Origin: a virus
Taxonomy: Duplodnaviria > Caudoviricetes
IMG/VR virus record: IMGVR_UViG_3300026484_000003
Coordinates: 1-60,371 of that record
Reading direction: 5' to 3' (one strand)
Length of the DNA stretch: 60,371 bases
In this document: positions 8,001 through 16,642 of the stretch, one piece after another
Layout of the letters: each line of letters begins with the position of its first letter
How positions within the stretch are numbered: position 1 is the stretch's first letter
The notes under the pieces: generated by a model
Seen by the model: only the letters and a program-made list of their open reading frames with translations
Database searches by the model: none
What the model was told of the DNA's origin: nothing
Program-made: the position numbers and the translations under genes

Positions 8001-10506
8001 CAAGTCCGGTATCTTGAGCAATTACTCCTCCTAATTCATTTGCAAACTTGCGTGCATCTGCATTTTGATAGTGTCTCCCCTTCTTGATGATGTCTGATCT
8101 AAGCATACCTTTTAGTTCTGTCTGCTGATCTTCGTTGTACCCATCTTTTGTGTGGTATGTTATGGTTGCTTGAGACTCAAAGTGACTTAATATCTCTTCT
8201 CGATAGTTTGGATTTGACAAAATTTCATTCGTGACAATATTTGAGAACACGGTTTGGTATCTGGAAATTACCGATAAAGCAACACCCTTCAACTGTGATA
8301 CAATCATGGATATATTTTTGCTTTCGGGTAAATATCCGCTCAAACCCCATTCTAAATCTTTGTCGAAATATGTCTTGTTTGACTCTCCACCACTTTGAGA
8401 CACAACAACTCTGTACCAATTGTATTTCATAATTCTACTGTAGCCATCATCCCCGCTGATGCCGTCTATTTTAAGCTCTGAAATTCCATCAATAATGGCT
8501 TTTTCAATTTTTCCTTTCAGTAGCTTATTCTTATAGATAACATCATATAGATCAACATACATTTTAGAATTGATTTTTCTCACAAACTTCAATGAAAATT
8601 TTACATTTTCAATAGGCATTACATCCTTGTATGCCTCCACCGTTTTTTGTTGCTGTTCAATCTTTTTCTGTAGCAGGTCTTTTGGTAGAATTGAGCCATC
8701 AATCATAGATACCTCGTCAAAAACCTTATCGAACGGTTGCTTGTCAACCATTGTTAGGTATCCGTCTTTTGACATAACCTTGCTTCCGGCAATGATAACA
8801 GAATCACTCATAAGCTCATCATCTGAAAAATCATTTTTGTCATAGTGTGGGTAGTATTCATTCTCTTTTGTGATTTGCTTTTTCCCGACAAAAACCTGCT
8901 CTTCCGAGTTCTCAAGCAGTTCGCTTATGTCCTCGACAATTTCGCCGGTAGAAAGATCAATCCTGTTGATCCATCCAAGCATTTTCACAAACAAGGTGTT
9001 ATGCAGTTTGTCTTTATGTTTATCGAGTTTGCTATCTTTTTTCCTAATCAGTTCTATGTCTGATTTATACTCTAAAATCTTCTCTTTTGAGTATGGGTGC
9101 GTAAGAAGTAAATACCGTAGTGCTTCTGAAAGAGATTTATTGTCGAGTATGATTTTCTGGGCATAGAGCAACTGCTCATCATCTTGTGATAGGCGAATTG
9201 ATAATTTATGCTTGTTACTAATCATCTGCTCAAAGTCTGCTTTGCTTTTTTGCTTTTTAACAAGCCTGTCTTTGATGAATGACAATTCTGCCGTCAGTTC
9301 ACTTCTTGTTGATGTTTCAAGTTCAATATAGTTTATCGCATCGCTTGATACTTCTCCATTCCCTGCAATAACATCACGATAGTCGAATGTATTGCTGTAT
9401 TTTGCAGTATTGTGAAGTAGCTCTTTCTTGATATCATCAAGGCTTTTCCCTTCCGGCAACACAACTGTATCACGCTGTGCCATGTGGTGTAGCTTTTCTC
9501 CCTTTTCTTCTGCTTCACGGTGCATCTCTTCTTTTGATTTGAAGCTACCAAGTACCGCTTTTTTGTTCAGGTCAAAATATGTTCCATCAAGAAATTGTGA
9601 GCTGTGTTGATCTTCATGGATACGCTCATTAAATAGCTTCCAGTCTATGTTGTCATTCTTGATTGCTAATGTAACATCAAGCGGGTGTTTCTCAAACACA
9701 AGAATATCTACTACTTGCTCCGTGCCAGTATCTTTAAACATTGCACTCGGTAGCCTTACGCCACCCACAAAGCTACCCTTTTGTAGCATTTTAAGCCTTG
9801 TTGCTTTACGGTCTTTGCCTTTACGCTGTACTGTTGATGATGTGGTTAGGAATACCGCCCTTTTGTTTGGCTTGAGCAGATCAAGAGATTTGAGAATAAA
9901 GTAGTCCTCATTTCTAAGAACATCAGGCATATCTATCTTTTTATACTTTTCACCCCTTACCCCAAACGGAACATTGGTAATGACTGCATCAAAGGAGTTG
10001 TCGCTAAGCGAGTGTGAAAACTCCTCAAAGCTAACCCCCGCCTGAATTTCAGAGTTATCATTGAGTATGTCTGCTATCTTCGCAGAGGTCTTATTTAGGT
10101 CGCATCCAATGATCTGCACTCCATTTGGTGCTTGGCTTGAGAACGCTCCTGCACCGGTGCATGGATCTAAAATTTTATCGCCGTGTTTAACATCAAGAAA
10201 ATTCCAACTTGCCCTTGCAACGCTCTGTGGCGTGAAATATTCGTCATTGTCACCACCGACTGCACCACCGAAACCGGTATATTGCCTAAGTACCTCTTTC
10301 TCCTCCGATGTGTAGAATGATTTGTTTTGAGAGATTATCTGTTTTGCTTTCTGGTTAATCTCTTGTCGCTCTTTAATGTTGGTTACAATTTTGTCCGCCT
10401 CTGCAACATTGAGAAGAACACTGTATGTTGCTATCTTTCTATCAGCAACCCCATTCCCAGATGATCGTTTTTGATTTACAACTTGATCGTATAAATGTCG
10501 TATCAA
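5047..10506 (-). CDS. darB: DarB-like virion protein: N6-adenine methyltransferase fused to an SNF2-type helicase
   Basis: LRQYTGFGG...EYFTP, ILDPCTGAG, NVPF; helicase motifs AQDTGLGKS, IIDEGH, MTATP, QAMGRAVRQGN; 1819 aa. Confidence 0.88.
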   Translation of the reverse strand: MIRHLYDQVVNQKRSSGNGVADRKIATYSVLLNVAEADKIVTNIKERQEINQKAKQIISQNKSFYTSEEKEVLRQYTGFGGAVGGDNDEYFTPQSVARASWNFLDVKHGDKILDPCTGAGAFSSQAPNGVQIIGCDLNKTSAKIADILNDNSEIQAGVSFEEFSHSLSDNSFDAVITNVPFGVRGEKYKKIDMPDVLRNEDYFILKSLDLLKPNKRAVFLTTSSTVQRKGKDRKATRLKMLQKGSFVGGVRLPSAMFKDTGTEQVVDILVFEKHPLDVTLAIKNDNIDWKLFNERIHEDQHSSQFLDGTYFDLNKKAVLGSFKSKEEMHREAEEKGEKLHHMAQRDTVVLPEGKSLDDIKKELLHNTAKYSNTFDYRDVIAGNGEVSSDAINYIELETSTRSELTAELSFIKDRLVKKQKSKADFEQMISNKHKLSIRLSQDDEQLLYAQKIILDNKSLSEALRYLLLTHPYSKEKILEYKSDIELIRKKDSKLDKHKDKLHNTLFVKMLGWINRIDLSTGEIVEDISELLENSEEQVFVGKKQITKENEYYPHYDKNDFSDDELMSDSVIIAGSKVMSKDGYLTMVDKQPFDKVFDEVSMIDGSILPKDLLQKKIEQQQKTVEAYKDVMPIENVKFSLKFVRKINSKMYVDLYDVIYKNKLLKGKIEKAIIDGISELKIDGISGDDGYSRIMKYNWYRVVVSQSGGESNKTYFDKDLEWGLSGYLPESKNISMIVSQLKGVALSVISRYQTVFSNIVTNEILSNPNYREEILSHFESQATITYHTKDGYNEDQQTELKGMLRSDIIKKGRHYQNADARKFANELGGVIAQDTGLGKSFTAIMACLQMIHNGKAKRPMLVVPNAVYPKWVAELEKAVTEDMRGKILTVNTKNKTDLSELMRSRKYKMLLIADSTAIEFIKLTDEDTDYLIGKDKKEENGGDENYRTNTTPLNKFGITSASWGKNATYFLEDLGVDAMIIDEGHHFKNATAGKSSAKGINNAKSSTKSRMMFFSEYIKTIKRGDSKGTILMTATPETSSPSEILTGLLFTTPLSTLKSNGISSTEEFEDMFFDISEETVVKANGMGMTQKEILVGLKNIKLLKKIGHNKIIYRTAEQEQARALENGYTINVKPDYSKHNAYLEATTDIKENFKMLGGLNEKYSAVVRDLNKGELGDLNEDDVASLMLAKEFGEMFGFISKARGLGQGIDVGLGYVPIEVNTTDQEAVISVLDENIKIKVKTGSLNHQTGMLEIDTKTEVKFSDIWRTPLNKLITKLHPEATRPPMRGKTVYLPTKDDKVLAKAISALKKAGFIGKKDVAFDIKKFTKYQTLIENMKKEIKRKPTSKQIIYSRSLISHIIIGNLIEHTVKEVSKVFYFKGGDKGFDLQTKFNSQDNKVTVMIFGKAGEVGVDFNKDVSAVHLMELPETPDANHQAMGRAVRQGNTIDKVHVYKYLQNGTFDNFLDQLINGKQDWIDAVKKGDDEAKVDTSDIESITRGAEVMFGDRIDLTVEQKIEMYIKAKHEEQKKKEAEISDIMSETLRESINDNIKSKYDHEKDSVYYFQRLAIKRYGESVYDVNHKIRYALPSVLSDDFVVSGDVAVRNVINSILLIKQSEYLVSFGNTAIDIDAYKTNAKKMLNAIINLKKDQVGFTEKLGRILTGDLRISENSNVEQIVHGAIEKGRQDYKDDLANINSIDETIRKKIVTYSKTISDEIKNGLSEKDIVENFDRIVMIKGKLYDLLDESYVFVGRGENIYRSNYIYPYGFSPSARLKKISTYKNDITDAMTMDGYKEYLGEENFEKFKKLGTMIEENLQKEGLA

Positions 10507-10527
10507 GGAATACCCCTTTTTAGTTTT

Positions 10528-10558
10528 ATTGTAGTCTAAAAAGAGGTCTTTTTTTCAA
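10528..10558 (-). promoter_or_regulatory. Putative late promoter TTGAAA-N19-TACAAT (darB-like gene)
   Basis: Same architecture upstream of five other structural operons. Confidence 0.65.
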
Positions 10559-10562
10559 ACGC

Positions 10563-12899
10563 TTATGCTGTCTTTCCTATGTGTGCCGTACTAAGCCTGT
10601 CAAGTTTTCTGGAAAGTTGTGCAAAATCAATTTTGTACCACTCTCCATCATTTGAATACCCGTCTTGATAGTTTCTGTGATATATTTTTTCTGCTTCTTG
10701 CTTGTTTTTTGCCCCAAGAATAAATTTATCCTCATCAAAAGTTCCATTATTTCGTAACTGCTTGATATAGAAAACTGGTCTCTGCTCCATTTGCTTCACT
10801 GTTGCCTCATGCGATAAGAAAACATCTACCTCGTCACCGTCAGCACCGTGCGTTCCATCAAAATAACCATAGTCGTCTTGTAGTTCACTTTCCCATTCTG
10901 TACCGTTATCGTCAATCCCGTTCCTAAATGTTCCACGCTCTGACTCTATCGTGATAGCTATTCCTCCGATAGTGATCTTTTTGTCAGGCAATAGGACACT
11001 GTTTTCAATAGAATCAAAAACTGTTGTTCCATTCAACAGGAATTGTGCAAGTTCGGCTTCGGTCTTTGTAACCGCATAAGCATTTGATACGCTCCCCGTA
11101 CTTGCATCGTATTGAACCATTGACCACTCAGACTTATCAACATTTCTACCAAGTTTGCTATTGTATTCTTTCCACTCTGAATATTCTGGCTTGTAGCCCT
11201 CATTGCAGAGCTTCTCAATGAAGTCCTTTTTCTCCATAACTTCACCATCGTATCCAATTAGATTAGATAAGACTTTTTTAGCCCTTCCCCTTCTCATCGG
11301 CGTTAATGTATTGAGATAGTGGTGTGCTATGCCCTCTTCTTCCTTCTCCTCTTCTTTGCGTGCAAGTTCGGCTTCAATCTCTTTTGCTTTTGCCAATTCA
11401 CGCTCACGCTCACGCTCCTGTTCTCTTTTTACTTTTCTTTCCATATCATCCCTGATCTCATCTTCACTTGGCATCGTAATTGGCATAATGACTGTTTTTG
11501 TTCCATCTTCTGCCGTTATAATAAACGGGAGTGTAGGCTCATCCATTTCAAAGGTGATCTCTTTGCTATCTCCTATTGCATCTAAGACATATTTTGAAGC
11601 AAACCCGATACTCTTATTGCCCATGTTGCTTTTTGTCTCTATTTTGCCTATGTTGATCGTTTTAACGGTTGGGTGCATAGTATCTTCGCCTTCAACATGA
11701 TATGTTGAAACATTAATGTTGTTATCAGAGAATGCGAAGCGTACTTCATCGGCTTTTCTAAGTATTGCTTCTAGTTCTTTTGTATTGATTTTTACGGAGG
11801 GCTTAGGATACATAGGTACAACTCTTTGATAGTCTGGGAAACGCCCTACTATTCTATGTGCCGTGTGTTTGTAGTCTTTTGTTTCCGTATATGTTACTGA
11901 CTTACCATCTGACGCTTCCCCTATTTTGATGATCTCAATATCTTTATCAACCACATTTTTTTGAATGATATACTGCCCATCTTTACCAGTGACCTTAAAC
12001 GGTTTTGAGATAGTCAGTCGCCTTGTATTAGTTCCTACTGCTTTTGCCTCTCCGTTTTCAGCGTCAATCAATATCCCGTTCAGTTCAAATTTTGGGTTGT
12101 TTTTGTCTGATGCTTTCTGTGTCGTAAGTAACGATTTAAGCATGCTTTGAGTGATTTTAATAGTAAGGTCTGCATTGCTTAATTCAAGGGCTTTACCTGC
12201 AATGTCGTAAGTTGTTTTTATCCCTCCGTCAGTGTCTCTAAATTCACCATTATCATTAATGTAAATTTCACCCGTTACTGATTTTAGATCATAGGCTTTC
12301 ATTCCGTTAATGTCCGGTATATCAAGTTTCTCTTTTGTGATCAGCGTCCGGTCAGCATCGGTTATCTTGAGTTCTCCATTTTTGATAGATATGTATGTGG
12401 TGTCGAGTTCTCTCTCTGTAGCACCAAAAAACTTGATAAACTTCTTGATTTTACTTACCGTATCTTTGCCTATTATCTTGCTGTAAGGCAATGGCTTTGC
12501 CGTTGCTTCTTTTGATGATTTTATAATGGTCGGGATCATATTTTTTACCGCTTCCTTAAATTGATCCATTGGATTGGCATCTACTTCTGCACCAATAGCA
12601 TAAGCTCCAAGATCAGGCACAACAACATACCAATACCCTTTTTGCGGAATAATGTAAACAGTTCCGACCTCTTCGGTTTCAAGCTTTCCTTTTGCACTTG
12701 CCAATCTAAAGATAGCGATATGATCTGGGTTGAGCATATTTCGCACTCTTACATATCCTTTGGGTGTTTCTTGATTTCGTAATTTATATTCTGCTGTTTT
12801 TTTGTCTCTTTCTGCCTTTATGTCTGCAAGAATTTCTTTTTTACCGCCCATAGCGGTCATTTTAACCTTGACCGCTTTTTCAAATAGTTTTTTAATCAT
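10563..12899 (-). CDS. Polyvalent internal-head protein: beta-clamp-like domain + coiled coil + DarA_C-like domain + InPase-type pyrophosphatase domain
   Basis: Clamp motifs NNPKFELNGILID, GTNTRRL, GRFPDYQRVVP, IGFASKYVLD, TVIMPI. DarA_C-like KKDFIEKL...VTKTEAELA. InPase ITIESERGTFRNG...DYGYF.GTHGADGDEVDVF...FDEDKFILG. Confidence 0.8.
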   Translation of the reverse strand: MIKKLFEKAVKVKMTAMGGKKEILADIKAERDKKTAEYKLRNQETPKGYVRVRNMLNPDHIAIFRLASAKGKLETEEVGTVYIIPQKGYWYVVVPDLGAYAIGAEVDANPMDQFKEAVKNMIPTIIKSSKEATAKPLPYSKIIGKDTVSKIKKFIKFFGATERELDTTYISIKNGELKITDADRTLITKEKLDIPDINGMKAYDLKSVTGEIYINDNGEFRDTDGGIKTTYDIAGKALELSNADLTIKITQSMLKSLLTTQKASDKNNPKFELNGILIDAENGEAKAVGTNTRRLTISKPFKVTGKDGQYIIQKNVVDKDIEIIKIGEASDGKSVTYTETKDYKHTAHRIVGRFPDYQRVVPMYPKPSVKINTKELEAILRKADEVRFAFSDNNINVSTYHVEGEDTMHPTVKTINIGKIETKSNMGNKSIGFASKYVLDAIGDSKEITFEMDEPTLPFIITAEDGTKTVIMPITMPSEDEIRDDMERKVKREQERERERELAKAKEIEAELARKEEEKEEEGIAHHYLNTLTPMRRGRAKKVLSNLIGYDGEVMEKKDFIEKLCNEGYKPEYSEWKEYNSKLGRNVDKSEWSMVQYDASTGSVSNAYAVTKTEAELAQFLLNGTTVFDSIENSVLLPDKKITIGGIAITIESERGTFRNGIDDNGTEWESELQDDYGYFDGTHGADGDEVDVFLSHEATVKQMEQRPVFYIKQLRNNGTFDEDKFILGAKNKQEAEKIYHRNYQDGYSNDGEWYKIDFAQLSRKLDRLSTAHIGKTA

Positions 12900-12935
12900 C
12901 TTACACGTCCACCCATTCCTGAATAATAAAACACA

Positions 12936-14129
12936 TTACTTCTCCCCCTTCCGGTAAGAAAAATCACCGTTAATAGGCTTGATGATCTCTTTCCCAAGCC
13001 TGATCTCAAAGTCCGGTAACTCTTTCAGTTCCTTACCATCAACGGAGATAGTAATGTGTGGCTTGTAGCTGTCATAATCCCATGTAGCACCGAGACGTTT
13101 CGCCCTATTGTATCTGGCTGTAAGTTTTTTGGACTCAACAAAGAGGACTAAAACTTTTTCTTTTCCAAGAATACCGCTTCCAGTGATCTTGTCAATAATG
13201 ATTTCATCATCTTTAGGCTCTAAATCAACCTTCTTTTTTGAATATACGATTGTGATATGTGGATCTTCTACGGGTACAAGACCTTGAGCCTTCACCCACT
13301 CTTTCAACTGCTTTGCATTGACTACTTTCCGACTTACATAAGTTCCGGTTTCTACTGCATCAAGTTCTAGGTTTGCTTCTTTGAGTTTTTTTACCGCCCC
13401 CTTCCATGCCTGATATGTTTTAAATTCACGCTCTTTTTTCTTTACTGCGTCCATATTCGCACCAAACAAGCCTCCACCATCAATGCTGTCGTTTTTTACT
13501 TCACCCTCACCTGCAATTTCAGATAGTATATTGATTACCTCACTGTAGAGTTCGTGATCCCCAAGTTTGTCCTCATTTGCTTCGATAAGGTCAACTTGTG
13601 GCTCAATGCTCTCCCAGTCCTCAATGGTTGCATCATCGTTTGTGATAATGTCCTTTATCTCTTCCATTGCGTAGGTTAGCTTTGTGATGAGTTGATCATC
13701 TGGTTCTGTTGTTTCGAGGTCGTGGCTTTCGAGTGCTTCTAATACTTTTTTCTTTGTGAACTCTTTTGCTTTGCTTTCGAGATATTCACTAATAAGTGCA
13801 TGAGCAGTCTGAACATTGGATTGTCTTGTTACCATAGTCGGAGCTTCATCTAAGTATCTTTGCACTAACTCTTCTGCAAGTGTAAAGTCTGTAAATGTTT
13901 CAAGCTTCTCCGTATCTTTAATTCTGGTTAAATTCATAGCAAGTTGGCTTGACTGTGTTGTGATCTCACTTTTGCTTAACTTCTCTCCGTCACCGCCAAG
14001 TTTTATATATAGCCCTTTGATTGCCTTCTGGATTTCCCTCTTTGCCTTAAAGCCCTTTTCGGCTTCAAGTTCTGCGTACTTTGCTTTGATCTCTTTTTGG
14101 ATAGCTCTTTTTTCTTTAAACCCCAACAT
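12936..14129 (-). CDS. Internal-head protein with a C-terminal Acb1-like 2H phosphoesterase
   Basis: Two HxT motifs (PHITIVYS, YKPHITIS) with YVSRKVVNA and GATWDYDSY context, as recalled for T4 57B/Acb1 relatives. Confidence 0.8.
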   Translation of the reverse strand: MLGFKEKRAIQKEIKAKYAELEAEKGFKAKREIQKAIKGLYIKLGGDGEKLSKSEITTQSSQLAMNLTRIKDTEKLETFTDFTLAEELVQRYLDEAPTMVTRQSNVQTAHALISEYLESKAKEFTKKKVLEALESHDLETTEPDDQLITKLTYAMEEIKDIITNDDATIEDWESIEPQVDLIEANEDKLGDHELYSEVINILSEIAGEGEVKNDSIDGGGLFGANMDAVKKKEREFKTYQAWKGAVKKLKEANLELDAVETGTYVSRKVVNAKQLKEWVKAQGLVPVEDPHITIVYSKKKVDLEPKDDEIIIDKITGSGILGKEKVLVLFVESKKLTARYNRAKRLGATWDYDSYKPHITISVDGKELKELPDFEIRLGKEIIKPINGDFSYRKGEK

Positions 14130-16639
14130 TATTCATTCTCCGATTTCATAAGTGCTGTAAGCTGATCGGCTAATCTGTTTAGCTCATCTTCATATTTATC
14201 CATCAAGCCTTTTTCTTCAATGAGTTCTGCGACTTCATCAAGTTTTTTTTCAAATCTTTGTGAGTCGGGTTGCTCTGCCACCTGCTGCAGGAAGCCATCT
14301 ATCATGTGGTTATCATCTTCTGTTTTTGTCTGGTTCTCATGTAAGAAGCTCATAGCACCCTTGATGATGCCACTCATAGCGTCTTTGTGTTTCACCATAT
14401 CCCAAAGTGCAAGAATTTCTCTGGCATCATATTTGTCTGCATCTGCTACATTATACATAACCCCACCGTGACTATCTTTGATGATCTGCTTGTAAACTTC
14501 GTTTTCTTTTATTCTGGCTTCGAGTTCTTGATCTGTAAGATCATTGCTCTCTGGAACTTCATCCCCATTACCCCCCTTGATCTCACTAAGTGTCTGCTTG
14601 GTGTAATAGAAGTCCAACTCTACACCAAGACGGGTAAGTTCCTCAGTGTTGACATACCCAAGTTCTGCCATTTCACGATCACCGTTCAAGATAGCATAAC
14701 CATAAGCATCTGATGGGCTGTTCGCTTCTGTAATGTACCAGTCACTCCCACCACTAAAGTAGTGAAGTTGTACCTGTACGCTGTCGCCTTCACCGTCTTT
14801 TTCATATAACTTTGGTAGATTTGTAATTGTTTCGTAAAGATCATTCACAACATCGCTAAACTCATAATCTTCACTACCGATATTTTGGCTTAGGATTGAG
14901 TATTGGGCTTCGCTCATAAAGCCTTTGATTGCTTCGAGTTTGCCTTTTGTGGATAGTTGCTTATTTTCTTCCCACGCATCCTGCTTCTCAAGTATCTCCA
15001 TCGCTTTATCCACAATGAGGTTTGATACTGACAACATTTTCATATCATCAATTCTATCAACCTCTTTTTCTACCATTTTTCTAACATCCTCTTTCGAGTA
15101 TGTTTTGTCTGGATACATATCTCCAAGCACTTTGCTTGAAATTGGCAATGCGTACCGACCGATTTTCTCTGCCGGATCTCCTGCTCTTTTTTGCTCACCT
15201 TTTAGTTCCAAATGTCTAACCTCAATAGTTCCTTTCTTCACATTCCCGTAAATGCCAACCACTGATGCACGCCCATCTTCACCGTATGCAACAAATTGTT
15301 GTGCTGTGCCTACCATATCCCATCTATCTGCTTCGATAAGTGCTTTCTGCTCGCCCAGTGAAAGTTCTCCAAAGTTTCTAATAATGTCAATGTTTTTATT
15401 CAGTAGGTCTGTGCTGTTTACTGCATCTCTGTCATAATCGAACATATCATCATCTTCTCTCTGCTTATCCTTAGCCAACTCTTCATTGATCTTCTCGATA
15501 ATAACTTTTCTCGGTCTATTTGTAGATAGCCATCTCTCTTTTACGCTCCACCCCTCTTTCTCTCCAATAGGTAGATACAGAACGCTTCCTCTTCCATCTT
15601 CACCTACTGAAAATTCCTTCTCTGCTGTAATGAATGAAGCGTACTGATGATGATCTACTTCATAATCAAGTTCGGTTTTTTCTTTAATAAATTCAGCATT
15701 ACGGATAAGATCAACTGACGGCATTTCTACACCACTTTTATCTTCAATCTTGTCCGCACCTATTGTAATAAAATGGATCACTTTTTTCATGTGTGTTATG
15801 ATTGATTTTTCTACACCTTCAATGGATACTTCTTTTTTGTCGATTGCGTCCAGTGTTGTACCGCCTACAGTAAATGAGTAGTTAATGCCTCCTTTCAGCT
15901 TCTCATCTTTTGCAAATGCTTCGCGTATTGCAGTGATGTATTTTTCTGATCCAGTAGGCAGGTTGATCGTGTAGGTGTTCTCTTTGATGTCATTGATGAT
16001 CTTATTGGCTTCCGTAACAACATCACTCAAGTCAAGCTTCATGCCGTCAATCTCTTTTTCAAGTTTTTTGATCTTTAACTCATCATCATCAATATTGTTT
16101 GCAACAAACTTCCTGTGCGATGCCTCAATGATCTTTTTCAGTCTTGCTACTGTAAGCGCTGTATCAATGTCAGTGTCTCCGTTTTTGTAGATACCTTTTG
16201 TAATGTCCTTGTTGTTTAGCATGAAGTGTGTAATAATCACATCTTTGTTTGGTTTATAGTTCTTAAAATCCTTGATATTTCTTGCAAGGACTGTAAGAAT
16301 TTGCCCATCGTCAAACTCAAGTGTGAATGGTTGATATTTTGTTTTTTCACCCTTTCCTACGCCAGATACATTGAAGCCATAATGCACCGTAAATACATTA
16401 TCGTCTGCATGAACTTTGTCGTGTAGTTTTTGAGATAGCTTCTTAGCCACTTTGTTTACTTCCTTCCAAAGCAACTGTTGGTTTTCAGATGTGATCGCAT
16501 CCATAGCAACACTGCTGTCGCCAAAAGGATAGTTCATGTCAAGCTCTAAAAGCCTACTTGCTAAATTGTCTGATTTCTGGAAAATGAGTCCATCCAAAAA
16601 CAGTTCATCTCTTACTTCTTGAAATTCTCTTTGTGTCAT
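14129..16639 (-). CDS. darA: DarA-like internal head protein (DarA_N + DUF2958-like domain)
   Basis: FDDGQILTVL...FMLNNKDIT...VARLKKIIEASHRKF (DarA_N-like). LPKLYE...LHYFSGGSDWYITE...AELGYV...VELDFYY (DUF2958-like). Confidence 0.75.
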   Translation of the reverse strand: MTQREFQEVRDELFLDGLIFQKSDNLASRLLELDMNYPFGDSSVAMDAITSENQQLLWKEVNKVAKKLSQKLHDKVHADDNVFTVHYGFNVSGVGKGEKTKYQPFTLEFDDGQILTVLARNIKDFKNYKPNKDVIITHFMLNNKDITKGIYKNGDTDIDTALTVARLKKIIEASHRKFVANNIDDDELKIKKLEKEIDGMKLDLSDVVTEANKIINDIKENTYTINLPTGSEKYITAIREAFAKDEKLKGGINYSFTVGGTTLDAIDKKEVSIEGVEKSIITHMKKVIHFITIGADKIEDKSGVEMPSVDLIRNAEFIKEKTELDYEVDHHQYASFITAEKEFSVGEDGRGSVLYLPIGEKEGWSVKERWLSTNRPRKVIIEKINEELAKDKQREDDDMFDYDRDAVNSTDLLNKNIDIIRNFGELSLGEQKALIEADRWDMVGTAQQFVAYGEDGRASVVGIYGNVKKGTIEVRHLELKGEQKRAGDPAEKIGRYALPISSKVLGDMYPDKTYSKEDVRKMVEKEVDRIDDMKMLSVSNLIVDKAMEILEKQDAWEENKQLSTKGKLEAIKGFMSEAQYSILSQNIGSEDYEFSDVVNDLYETITNLPKLYEKDGEGDSVQVQLHYFSGGSDWYITEANSPSDAYGYAILNGDREMAELGYVNTEELTRLGVELDFYYTKQTLSEIKGGNGDEVPESNDLTDQELEARIKENEVYKQIIKDSHGGVMYNVADADKYDAREILALWDMVKHKDAMSGIIKGAMSFLHENQTKTEDDNHMIDGFLQQVAEQPDSQRFEKKLDEVAELIEEKGLMDKYEDELNRLADQLTALMKSENE

Positions 16640-16642
16640 TTT

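Noticed and set aside
13400-13430. FKTYQAW in the Acb1-like carrier as a T4 capsid-targeting sequence (MKTYQEF)
   Set aside because: It is internal and shares only four residues, so it could be chance.
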